Below, one piece after another: positions 1 to 7,748 of a stretch of 13,566 nt of DNA. The DNA comes from Promethearchaeia archaeon (lineage in GTDB: Archaea > Asgardarchaeota > Lokiarchaeia > Sigyniarchaeales > SOKP01), in assembly GCA_046497275.1 (NCBI GenBank), contig JAWOFX010000129.1:1-13566 (forward strand). Direction: 5' to 3'. How positions within the stretch are numbered: position 1 is the first letter of the stretch; the number at the start of each line of letters is the position of its first letter. The translations under genes were made by a program, and so were the position numbers. Below the pieces are notes generated by a model. The model made no database searches. It had not been told where the DNA came from and saw only the letters and a list, made by a program, of their open reading frames with translations.

Positions 1-108
1 CTTTTTTCTAAAATAAAACAAGATAGTAAAAATAACCTTTTAACTTCATTTGAGTCTTCACGTTTCGATAATTTTAAAGATTGGTATCATAATACTTATT
101 TAACATGA
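1..108 (+). CDS. Possible 3' end of an upstream gene, convergent with the wHTH-TPR gene (partial)
   Basis: Frame +1 is open from base 1 to TGA at 106-108 (LFSKIKQDSKNNLLTSFESSRFDNFKDWYHNTYLT*). It ends 18 nt before the stop of the minus-strand gene. No recognisable motif. Confidence 0.35.
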   Translation, partial: LFSKIKQDSKNNLLTSFESSRFDNFKDWYHNTYLT

Positions 109-126
109 GTCTACAAAAATCATATT

Positions 127-2040
127 TTAAATTTCAGAAAGAAAAAGATCTGCAATGGTTATCCATTTTGCTTGGAAATCAGAGTTAATGGAGCTTTTTT
201 CCACTAGTTCTTTCCCTTTTTTAAGATTTTTAATTGATAAATTATCATTCCCAAGGGCATTATAGCAAATACCTAGTTTAATATAAGACTGATAAATAAA
301 CCATTCGTCACTACACATAACAATTGCTTTCAAAAACTTTTTAATCGCTTCATCATATTCTTCAAAGTACATCAGGATCTCTCCATAATTATCGTAATAA
401 ATCCCTTTATCGGGATCATCATCAATAAGTGTTTGCATTATCTCTAAAGCTTCTTTCCTCCTGTTTAAATATTGGAGCCAATAGGCTTTATAGCTTAGGA
501 GATCATTATTATTTGAATATTTTTGGATTAAATTCTCAATAATTTTTAATCCTGCCTTAATATTTTTCTTTTTCTTAAGAATGGATGCCTTCTTCATTTT
601 AATGTTTATTTCTCTTTCGGGGAAAAGATCCAACATCTCATCTAATATTTTAATTATTTCATTATATTGATTATAATAGATTAAGATTTTAATTTTAGAT
701 TCATATAAATCGATGTTTTGCGGATTAAATTCAATTTTATTATCAATTTTTCTCACTTTTTCTTCGAATTGATCCGATAAGCCTTTACTCAGTTGCGAAT
801 TAAACGTCTCCGACATATTCTCCCAAATTAACCATTCCAGTTTATCAGAAGTCTCGTAAATATTTTTCAAATTCGGGTTTAATGAGATTTTATAAGCCAA
901 ATACTTAATATACTCTGGAAAAAATTCTTTTAATGATTTTTTAAAATCTTTATGAAATAAAGATTCACAAGCTTCCTCTAATAACCGATCTATCATCGAA
1001 TCATCAACAGAATCTAATAGCATATCTAATTTTTTCGAGTTAAGAATATTTAAATAAGCAATTTTATTAATATAGCTCTCTGTAAGAACTTGGAGTATCC
1101 GTTCTAATTTATTCTCTGTTAAAAAATAAAATATACCTCCAGAAGGACCATTCAATTTAAATAATTGATTTTGATATATTTTACCTTCAGACAATTCATC
1201 AATATAATAACTAAGAATCGTGGTTTTTATTTTGAATTTTTTGGAAAAATCTTCCTTTGATACAAAATTAGGATATCTATCAGGATGATTCAACGCAAGA
1301 AATAGAAGTATTTTATAAAATAGTTCTTCATCTTTTAGAACTTGGTTAACTCTCTCATATGGAAGATTTAAGATATAATTTATAAAATGGAACTGAATTT
1401 CTTTATCCCTAATTCTAAATTTATCAAAAAAATTAAGAATTCTTTGATTTCTTTCTTCAATAATTTTACCCTCCTCTTCTAAAATGGTTTGTCGGTCTAA
1501 ATTGTAATTGTGCAGCATTCTTGAATATTCTAATTTACCAGTTCCAGTTATCTTGTATTTGCCATTTTCTTTTATTATAAAACCCTCTTCGATTAATGGC
1601 TTTAAATTCTTCGATAATGAGGAAGTATTTATTGTTAACGGTTCTTTAAGAAAATCTGCTCTTTTACAGTAAGGGTTGTTATAGAGCATCCACAATATCC
1701 AATCAGAATAATTTCTTCCATTTTTTAGAATTAATTTAGGAGGATAATTTACCTTTCTTATATTTTTAGTTGCTCTCGATAATTCATAATATTTTTTTTT
1801 CCCTTTTGGATTAATTTTATAATTCCCTCTTGAGATTTTATCAATATATCCTTTATTCTTTAATTCTCTTAAATGTCTGGATAATGTACCAATAGGAATC
1901 TCGATTGGTTCTTCGGTAAAATAAGACCATTGACACACTTCATTATTATATAACATCCAGAGAATTATAAGATCATAATCTGGTTTTGTCTGTGTGGATG
2001 AATCATAGATTTCTTTTGGAGGATAATTTATAAGAACCAT
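127..2040 (-). CDS. Tandem winged helix-turn-helix + C-terminal TPR protein, putative transcriptional regulator (637 aa)
   Basis: Two clear internal repeats: aa 4-87 (INYPPK..IILWMLYNN..GTLSRHLRELKNKGYI..GNYKINPKG) and aa 97-176 (VNYPPK..WILWMLYNN..SSLSKNLKPLIEEGFI..GKYKITGTG), both with an HTH-plus-wing pattern. A degenerate third copy lies at about aa 225-305. TPR-like motifs in the last ~200 aa (e.g. YYDNYGEILMYFEEYDEAIKKFLKA). Confidence 0.8.
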   Translation of the reverse strand: MVLINYPPKEIYDSSTQTKPDYDLIILWMLYNNEVCQWSYFTEEPIEIPIGTLSRHLRELKNKGYIDKISRGNYKINPKGKKKYYELSRATKNIRKVNYPPKLILKNGRNYSDWILWMLYNNPYCKRADFLKEPLTINTSSLSKNLKPLIEEGFIIKENGKYKITGTGKLEYSRMLHNYNLDRQTILEEEGKIIEERNQRILNFFDKFRIRDKEIQFHFINYILNLPYERVNQVLKDEELFYKILLFLALNHPDRYPNFVSKEDFSKKFKIKTTILSYYIDELSEGKIYQNQLFKLNGPSGGIFYFLTENKLERILQVLTESYINKIAYLNILNSKKLDMLLDSVDDSMIDRLLEEACESLFHKDFKKSLKEFFPEYIKYLAYKISLNPNLKNIYETSDKLEWLIWENMSETFNSQLSKGLSDQFEEKVRKIDNKIEFNPQNIDLYESKIKILIYYNQYNEIIKILDEMLDLFPEREINIKMKKASILKKKKNIKAGLKIIENLIQKYSNNNDLLSYKAYWLQYLNRRKEALEIMQTLIDDDPDKGIYYDNYGEILMYFEEYDEAIKKFLKAIVMCSDEWFIYQSYIKLGICYNALGNDNLSIKNLKKGKELVEKSSINSDFQAKWITIADLFLSEI

Positions 2041-2112
2041 TCTGTTATCTTGGAAAAAATTTTATTATCTAACATATAGATCTGTATATTTTTTATTTAT
2101 ATCTTTTTTATA

Positions 2113-2151
2113 GAACTTCCACAAAACTTCGGAAGTTTCATGAAAGTTTCA
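2113..2151. promoter_or_regulatory. Symmetric multi-half-site operator-like element in the divergent intergenic region
   Basis: gAACTTCcacaaAACTTC-g-GAAGTTtcatgAAAGTTtca. Perfect 7-bp inverted repeat AAACTTC/GAAGTTT (2124-2130/2132-2138), plus outer half-sites at 2114-2119 and 2143-2148, each 11 bp from its inner site. The function is inferred. Confidence 0.55.
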
Positions 2152-2235
2152 CCTATTCATCTATAAAAGCAAGAGAGTACTGTTTTTTAATGAATAAAGT
2201 TTTTCAAAAAAACTCAAAATTAATCAAAAAATGAG

Positions 2236-5200
2236 TTGATAACAATTAAATATATAAAAAATAAAAAACGAAAATCAAGAATTATTCTAATTCTAATATC
2301 TTTCTTACTTCTCATGCCCATCTTTACCAGTCTTATTCAAGGAGAAACCAGTTTTATAACAAAAATAGAAGATTTTGAACGTGGTAATCTTAAAAACTCT
2401 CATATATATTATAGAGAGACTGAAGGGGGGGGTTATGATGTGTATGTGAATGGTGATTATGCTTACATAGCAGATGATTGGAAAGGACTAGCAATAATAG
2501 ATATCTCAGATCCGACCAACCCGGGAGCTCCCATTTACGAGGATATACCATCTGGTTGGGCTCAGGCTGTATATATAAGTGGAAATTATGCATATGTCGC
2601 ATATACCGGAATGACAAAAAATGGATTAGCGATTATTGATGTTTCCGATCCTGAACATCCAGTGTTAGTTGCTAATGTCGATACTGAATGTGCTTGGGAT
2701 GTATATGTAAGCGGCAACTACGCATATGTTGCGGATGATAATAATGGTTTAGCGATTATAGATATTTCTGATCCTACCATTCCAGTAAGTATTGCTAATA
2801 TAACAACATATGATGTGGCTAACGGAGTATTTATAAGCGGTAATTATGCATATGTTGCAGATGGAAATGCTGGTTTGACTGTAATTGATGTTTCTGATCC
2901 TACCAATCCGGGAATTGCGGCGAACGAAGATACGGACGGATACGCACAAGCTGTATATGTAAGCGGTAATGATGCCTTTATTGCTGATGGAAGTGCGGGA
3001 TTAGTATATATCAATGTGCAAAGTCCTACTAACCCAGGAACTCCATATTATGAGAATACTTACGGAGCTGTAGATGTTGTTATCAGCGGAGATTATGCAT
3101 ATACTGTTGATTTATATGGAATGGTTGTTTTTGATATACATTCTCCACCTTTTCCAAATGATATTGCTTATGAAGATATTGATGGATATACAAGAGGAAT
3201 ATGTATAGAAGGAAACTATGCTTATATTTCTGGCAGTGTAGGTTTAGCAGTGGTAGATATATCTAAAAACATAGACCCATTATTAATCAATAATGAAATA
3301 ACAATGGGAGAGGCAATACAAGTCTGCATTGATGGAAATTATGCTTTTATTGCAGATTATGACCAGGGTTTGACTGTGGTTAATATCTTTGATCCTACCC
3401 ATCCAGCAATAGTTGCTAATATAAATACAACGGATTATGCATGGGATGTGGATGTCGATGGAAATTATGCCTATGTAGCCTCTAGTTATTCGGGCTTAGC
3501 AATTATCGATATTAAATATCCAGACACGCCAGGAGCGCCAGTTTATTTAGATACAGATGGTTGTGCAAGAGCTGTAGACATAAGTGGTGATTATGCCTAT
3601 GTAGCGGATGGCTTGGAAGGCTTAAAGGTCATTGATATCAGTGACCCAACTATTCCCGTATTGGCTGGGCAGAAAGACACGGCTGGGTATGCAACTGATG
3701 TCAAGATAGATGGAGATTATGCCTATATGACCGTTGGTGCTGATGGGTTAGCAATCATCGATATCAAGAATCCAAACTCGCCAGGAGCACCAATTTACAT
3801 AGATCCGGTTTATTATGCTCATGGAGTAGACATCCGTGGTGATTTTGCTTATATAGCGGAACATAGTAATGTTCAAGGAGGCGTTTTAAACGTAATTGAT
3901 ATCTCCAATCCTCTTAGTCCCCTATTAGCCTCAAGAATAGGTACTCTTACATCAAGTGCATATAAAGTTTATGTGAGTGGTAATTATGCATATATTGCTA
4001 GCGAAGATAGGCTAACAGTAATAGATCTTAAATGGGATGGAACTGGATCGCATTATACGCATTCAGATACGATTAATGAGTGTATTGGAGTATATGTAGA
4101 GGGTGATTATGCGTATGTGGCTAGTCGTTCTGAAGGATTAGTGGTGGTTCAAATTAGAGAGAGAGCTGATCTGGATGATCCAATCATTACTGAAAACCCA
4201 AGTGACTTGCTTCTCGAATGTGGTTATACCGGAAAGATAATCGCATGGAGAGCAACTGATCTTAATCCTGATACCTATACTATTGAACTTCAAGGTTCCG
4301 GAAACGTAGCAGGCCCAACAGCGTGGTCTAGCGGAGTTGTAGTAACATATGATATTCCTAATGGATTAGGAGTAGGCACTTATACATACACAATCAATTT
4401 CACGGATACTAATGGTAATTTTGCAACTGATACAGTAGAAGTTACTGTTCAAGATACCGAAAATCCCGTGATTATAGATTCTCCAGACGATAAAATAGTT
4501 GGATTAGGATATTCTGGCGTGAATTTTCAATGGACGGCAACCGATGAAAATCCCTACAATTATACGATCGAACTTCAAGGTTCTGGAAATGTAGTAGATT
4601 CAACTGGATGGTCGAGCGGAATACCGATAGTTTATAATGTACCAGAGGGATTGGGATTGGGTGAATATTATTACACCATCAATTTCACTGATGATTATGG
4701 ACATTTTATCCCAGATACGGCAAAGTTAAGCGTCCAAGATATAAAAGATCCTGTAATTACAGATGCCCCGACAGATATAGCTGTTGAGCTAGGATATCCA
4801 GGTACCGTGAATTTACAATGGAATGCAACGGATGATAATCCTAATACCTATACTATTGAACTTCAAGGCTCTGGAAGCGTGGCAGGACCAACTGCGTGGT
4901 CTAGTGGGGTCGCAGTAAATTATGATATCCCAAACGGATTACCATTAGGAGAATATTATTATATAATCAATTATACGGACGATTATCAGAATTTTGTGAT
5001 TGACACTGTTAAATTCACTGTAGGTGATACAGTAGATCCTATAATTACTGATACTCCAGCAGATTATGAGTGTTTTATTGGATATGCAGATGTGTGTCTC
5101 TTTTGGATTGCCACCGATGCTCATCCCGCTACATTCACTGTTGAGCACCAAGGTCATGGTATCGTAGCAGGACCAACTCCCTGGGCGAGTGGAACTAATG

Positions 5201-5424
5201 TGAGTTATACAATCCCAGAAGAATTATCTGTAGGAGAACACTTTTTTACCATCAATTTTACTGATCTTGCTGGAAATTTTGCCACTGATACTGTAAAAAT
5301 TACTGTCAATGAGGAGAGTTCCGGTGAAGAAACTCCTGGTATTCCTTTTGGAAATTGGTTTTTGATTTCCATGACAATTTCCATTATTGGATTAGTGTTT
5401 ATTCAAAATAAAAGAAAAAAATAG
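2236..5424 (+). CDS. Large cell-surface protein: signal peptide, LVIVD-repeat beta-propellers, four Ig-like repeats, C-terminal sorting/anchor segment (1062 aa)
   Basis: Basic N-region (KYIKNKKRKSR) followed by a hydrophobic stretch; 14 repeats of type V.V.G.YAYVAD...GL.IIDISDP..P; four 95-96 aa beta-rich repeats; C-terminus PGIPFGNWFLISMTISIIGLVFIQNKRKK. Many N-x-S/T sequons (NIT, NTT, NFT, NYT, NAT, NVS). TTG start as annotated. Confidence 0.9.
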   Translation: MITIKYIKNKKRKSRIILILISFLLLMPIFTSLIQGETSFITKIEDFERGNLKNSHIYYRETEGGGYDVYVNGDYAYIADDWKGLAIIDISDPTNPGAPIYEDIPSGWAQAVYISGNYAYVAYTGMTKNGLAIIDVSDPEHPVLVANVDTECAWDVYVSGNYAYVADDNNGLAIIDISDPTIPVSIANITTYDVANGVFISGNYAYVADGNAGLTVIDVSDPTNPGIAANEDTDGYAQAVYVSGNDAFIADGSAGLVYINVQSPTNPGTPYYENTYGAVDVVISGDYAYTVDLYGMVVFDIHSPPFPNDIAYEDIDGYTRGICIEGNYAYISGSVGLAVVDISKNIDPLLINNEITMGEAIQVCIDGNYAFIADYDQGLTVVNIFDPTHPAIVANINTTDYAWDVDVDGNYAYVASSYSGLAIIDIKYPDTPGAPVYLDTDGCARAVDISGDYAYVADGLEGLKVIDISDPTIPVLAGQKDTAGYATDVKIDGDYAYMTVGADGLAIIDIKNPNSPGAPIYIDPVYYAHGVDIRGDFAYIAEHSNVQGGVLNVIDISNPLSPLLASRIGTLTSSAYKVYVSGNYAYIASEDRLTVIDLKWDGTGSHYTHSDTINECIGVYVEGDYAYVASRSEGLVVVQIRERADLDDPIITENPSDLLLECGYTGKIIAWRATDLNPDTYTIELQGSGNVAGPTAWSSGVVVTYDIPNGLGVGTYTYTINFTDTNGNFATDTVEVTVQDTENPVIIDSPDDKIVGLGYSGVNFQWTATDENPYNYTIELQGSGNVVDSTGWSSGIPIVYNVPEGLGLGEYYYTINFTDDYGHFIPDTAKLSVQDIKDPVITDAPTDIAVELGYPGTVNLQWNATDDNPNTYTIELQGSGSVAGPTAWSSGVAVNYDIPNGLPLGEYYYIINYTDDYQNFVIDTVKFTVGDTVDPIITDTPADYECFIGYADVCLFWIATDAHPATFTVEHQGHGIVAGPTPWASGTNVSYTIPEELSVGEHFFTINFTDLAGNFATDTVKITVNEESSGEETPGIPFGNWFLISMTISIIGLVFIQNKRKK
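2425..4167 (+). repeat. 14 LVIVD-type repeats (~41-47 aa each), probably two 7-bladed propellers
   Basis: Counted by eye from GGYDVYVNGDYAYIAD to ECIGVYVEGDYAYVAS. Repeats 7, 13 and 14 depart from the usual DP..P ending. The 2x7 fold is inferred from the count. Confidence 0.8.
4168..5310 (+). repeat. Four tandem Ig-like beta-sandwich repeats A-D (starts 4168, 4453, 4738, 5026)
   Basis: Consensus D..DP.I...P.D.....GY......W.ATD.NP..YTIE.QG.G.V.....W.SG..V.Y..P.GL..G.Y..TINFTD..GNF..DTV...V. Spacings are 285, 285 and 288 nt. Confidence 0.85.
5335..5421 (+). other. C-terminal protein-sorting signal (PGF-CTERM/Loki-CTERM-like)
   Basis: Short P/G/aromatic motif (PGIPFGNW), ~17 hydrophobic residues and a basic tail (NKRKK). 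This is the tripartite layout of archaeosortase-type substrates. The specific family assignment is from recall, not a search. Confidence 0.7.
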
Positions 5425-5432
5425 TCAAGATC

Positions 5433-5455
5433 TTTTTTTTTAATTTTCTTTTTTT
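5433..5455 (+). terminator. U-rich archaeal-type terminator after the surface-protein gene
   Basis: T9 run starting 9 nt after the stop, followed by more T runs; conserved in the duplicate copy. Confidence 0.6.
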
Positions 5456-5458
5456 CTC

Positions 5459-5503
5459 ATCTCAAAAATTATTAGTCCATATTTCAACTTTATATATAAG
5501 TAA
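5459..5503. promoter_or_regulatory. 45-nt conserved non-coding block with TATA-box-like TTTATATA
   Basis: ATCTCAAAAATTATTAGTCCATATTTCAACTTTATATATAAGTAA is identical to 8435-8479. It contains the palindrome TTATATATAA (5490-5499). Confidence 0.5.
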
Positions 5504-5630
5504 GTTTAATTTTAAAATAAGTCCAAAAAGTAATTGAAATAGATTTTTAATTTATAGCAATTTTTTTTAAGAAGGCGATATAAATAAAAGTATTTAGTAT
5601 TTTAGTAAAATTCAATATTTAACTCTAAAA

Positions 5631-7580
5631 ATGATATCAGAAACAATAAAACAAGCCAAAAACTTATTCGAGAACGGAAAGTTTGAGAAATCTTTAATCA
5701 TATTAGATAAAGTAGGGAATTTAGAAGATCTAAAGGATTCAGAAAAGCTTTCTTATAATCTTTTAAAAAGCTCTCTTTTTTTTAGATTCAGAAGGGATGA
5801 AGAGTGTCTTCGATATGCTGAAATCACATATCAACAAGCTCAAAATTTAAACCATAAAATGTTATCCATTGATGCTCTTCTCAATAAGTCGTGGGCTTTA
5901 TTTTGGTTTGGAGATTTCGAGCAAGCGAATATTTCAATCAAGACTGCTGAAAAAATTCTTAACAATCTAAAAAATATATCTGATTGTGATTATGAGAGGA
6001 GAAAAGCATTTATTTATTTTATCAAAGCTTGTAGGTCATGGTTTTTATCCGACTCCAAAGGATTAAAATATGCTAATAAAAGTCTGAAAATTCGTCAAAG
6101 GATTGGAAGAAAATATGAAATTGTAGAATCCTATAGTATTTTGAGTGGATTAATCACTCATTTTACTGATGATTTCGATAATGCTTTAGAGTTTTTAGAA
6201 AGATGTCATAAACTGGGTCTTGAAATCCATCATCCTTGGACAGAAACATTTGATCAAAAAAATTTTGGAGACATATATTACATAAAAGGTGATTTACATA
6301 GAGCTTTGAAGCATTATAAAAGAAGTACTAAGATTTTTGAAGAAAATAACAATTTAAATCCTATCCTCAGCACTTTTAGCGAGATTGGAAACGTATATAG
6401 AGAGATGGGGGATTTAACCGAATGTTGTAATTATCTTATCTATAGTTACGATATTTCAAAGAAAACTCAAAACTATTGGTTAAATAGTGAAATCATAACT
6501 AATATTATAGAAATTTTGGTTTTAAGAGGTAATATTAAAAAGGCTGAAATATATTTAAAAAAATTAGAAGGAATCTATAAAACGCATCCTAATAATAAGC
6601 GTTTTGAACATTCTTATCTTATTGCTAAAGCGCTTATATTAAAATTCAATCCTAGAATTAAATCTCAAGCCCAATCGCAAGAAATTTTCACAACTATTAT
6701 CAAAGATCAAACTCTTAAAAATGATTATTTGATAACTGCCTTATTAAATCAATGTGAATTGCTTTTACAAGAACTTGTTTTAACAAATAGAGATGAAATA
6801 ATTGAGGAAATAAATTCCTTAATTGAAATACTATTAGAGAGAACAAAAAATTTAAGATCATATTGGATTTTATCAGAGACTCTAGTTCTACAAGCAAAAG
6901 TAGCATTATTGACATTTAAATTGATAAAAGCAAGAAAATTACTTACAAAAGCACAATTCATAGCAGAAAAAAATGGTTTAAATCGCTTATCTGTAAAAAT
7001 TTCTCATGAACATGATGAGCTATTACAAAAGTTCAAAAAATGGCAACAATTAAAGGATTCAGAATCACCCATATCTGAACGAATCAAATTAACTAATTTA
7101 AGCGAACAAATCTCCAATTTGGTTCAAAAACGTAGAATAAGTATTTCCAAAATAGTCGAAGAAAGTCCGATTATGATCCTGATTTTTTCTGAAGGAGGTA
7201 ATCCAGTTTATTCACAGGTTTTTGCTGAAGAAAATTCTTTTAAATATCATCTTTTTGGAGGATTATTAACAACTTTGGATTATTTTATAAATGAAATCTT
7301 TTCTGAGGGTCTCGATAGGGCCATATTTGGAAAATATACACTATTAATTAATAAAATAAGTCCGTTTATTATCGTTTATATTTTTAAAGGAAAATCATAT
7401 TTGGCCTTACATAGGATCAAACATTTTTGCAAAACTATTCGGGATGAGGGATCAATCTGGGAAAATTTAATAGATCGCTATCATCAAAATAAACTCATTC
7501 ATCAAAATGATATTCCTTTACTTGATCTAATGATAAGTAAAATATTTATTGAAAAAAGTATTGTCTTAGAAAATTTTTAA
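5631..7580 (+). CDS. TPR-repeat protein with C-terminal longin-like domain, paralog 1 (649 aa)
   Basis: TPR motifs (FGDIYYIKGDLHRALKHYKRS; IGNVYREMGDLTECCNYL). The C-terminal ~140 aa (from ~7158) show a longin-like pattern: IMILIFSEGGNPVYSQVF (beta hairpin), LFGGLLTTLDYFINEIF (helix), three strands, then helices. Confidence 0.85.
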   Translation: MISETIKQAKNLFENGKFEKSLIILDKVGNLEDLKDSEKLSYNLLKSSLFFRFRRDEECLRYAEITYQQAQNLNHKMLSIDALLNKSWALFWFGDFEQANISIKTAEKILNNLKNISDCDYERRKAFIYFIKACRSWFLSDSKGLKYANKSLKIRQRIGRKYEIVESYSILSGLITHFTDDFDNALEFLERCHKLGLEIHHPWTETFDQKNFGDIYYIKGDLHRALKHYKRSTKIFEENNNLNPILSTFSEIGNVYREMGDLTECCNYLIYSYDISKKTQNYWLNSEIITNIIEILVLRGNIKKAEIYLKKLEGIYKTHPNNKRFEHSYLIAKALILKFNPRIKSQAQSQEIFTTIIKDQTLKNDYLITALLNQCELLLQELVLTNRDEIIEEINSLIEILLERTKNLRSYWILSETLVLQAKVALLTFKLIKARKLLTKAQFIAEKNGLNRLSVKISHEHDELLQKFKKWQQLKDSESPISERIKLTNLSEQISNLVQKRRISISKIVEESPIMILIFSEGGNPVYSQVFAEENSFKYHLFGGLLTTLDYFINEIFSEGLDRAIFGKYTLLINKISPFIIVYIFKGKSYLALHRIKHFCKTIRDEGSIWENLIDRYHQNKLIHQNDIPLLDLMISKIFIEKSIVLENF

Positions 7581-7676
7581 TATAGAAAGTATAAGTAGAA
7601 TATTATATGAACGGATTAGTTATTAGAAAGAATAAGCTAAATTAAAAAGTTTTGAAAAAGAGAGACAAAAAACTTT

Positions 7677-7748
7677 ATGAGTTCAACCAAAATATTAAGA
7701 GCAAATAAATTATTCGAGAATGGAAAATTTCAAGAATTCCCCAAGTGA
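7677..7748 (+). pseudogene. 5' remnant of a fourth TPR-longin paralog (MSSTKILRANKLFENGKFQE|FPK*)
   Basis: Not in the ORF track. Aligns without gaps to the 10598 protein N-terminus (MKSKQIVEAKQLFEEGKFEE) and matches the 5631 gene in DNA (ttattcgagaatggaaaattt vs ttattcgagaacggaaagttt). Homology stops at about 7736, where surface-gene sequence starts. Confidence 0.85.

Larger units (their letters stand above)
4825..5585 (+). repeat. Direct repeat copy 1 (3' end of the surface gene plus downstream intergenic DNA); copy 2 at about 7795-8556
   Basis: Offset 2970 nt in the coding part. 4831-5175 versus 7801-8145 differ at 10 of 345 nt by manual comparison. Similarity continues patchily through the stop codon, the T-tract, a 45-nt identical block and the motif AGGCGATATAAAT (5573-5585/8544-8556). 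Confidence 0.95.

Noticed and set aside
1792-1800. T9 run in the wHTH-TPR gene as a slippage site
   Set aside because: Reads as Lys codons (GKKKY) on the coding strand; A/T runs are common in this window and the frame is intact.
2390-2949. Minus-strand ORFs 2390-2617 and 2749-2949
   Set aside because: Antisense shadows inside the well-supported LVIVD gene; no recognisable motifs.
2425-5310. CRISPR-like periodicity
   Set aside because: The repeats are in-frame protein repeats with degenerate DNA sequence; no repeat-spacer structure or cas genes.
2236-5424. Visibly higher GC in the surface gene as a sign of horizontal transfer
   Set aside because: Explained by its Gly/Ala/Asp/Val-rich composition versus Lys/Ile/Asn-rich neighbours; third positions remain A/T-rich, and the gene is duplicated together with local DNA.
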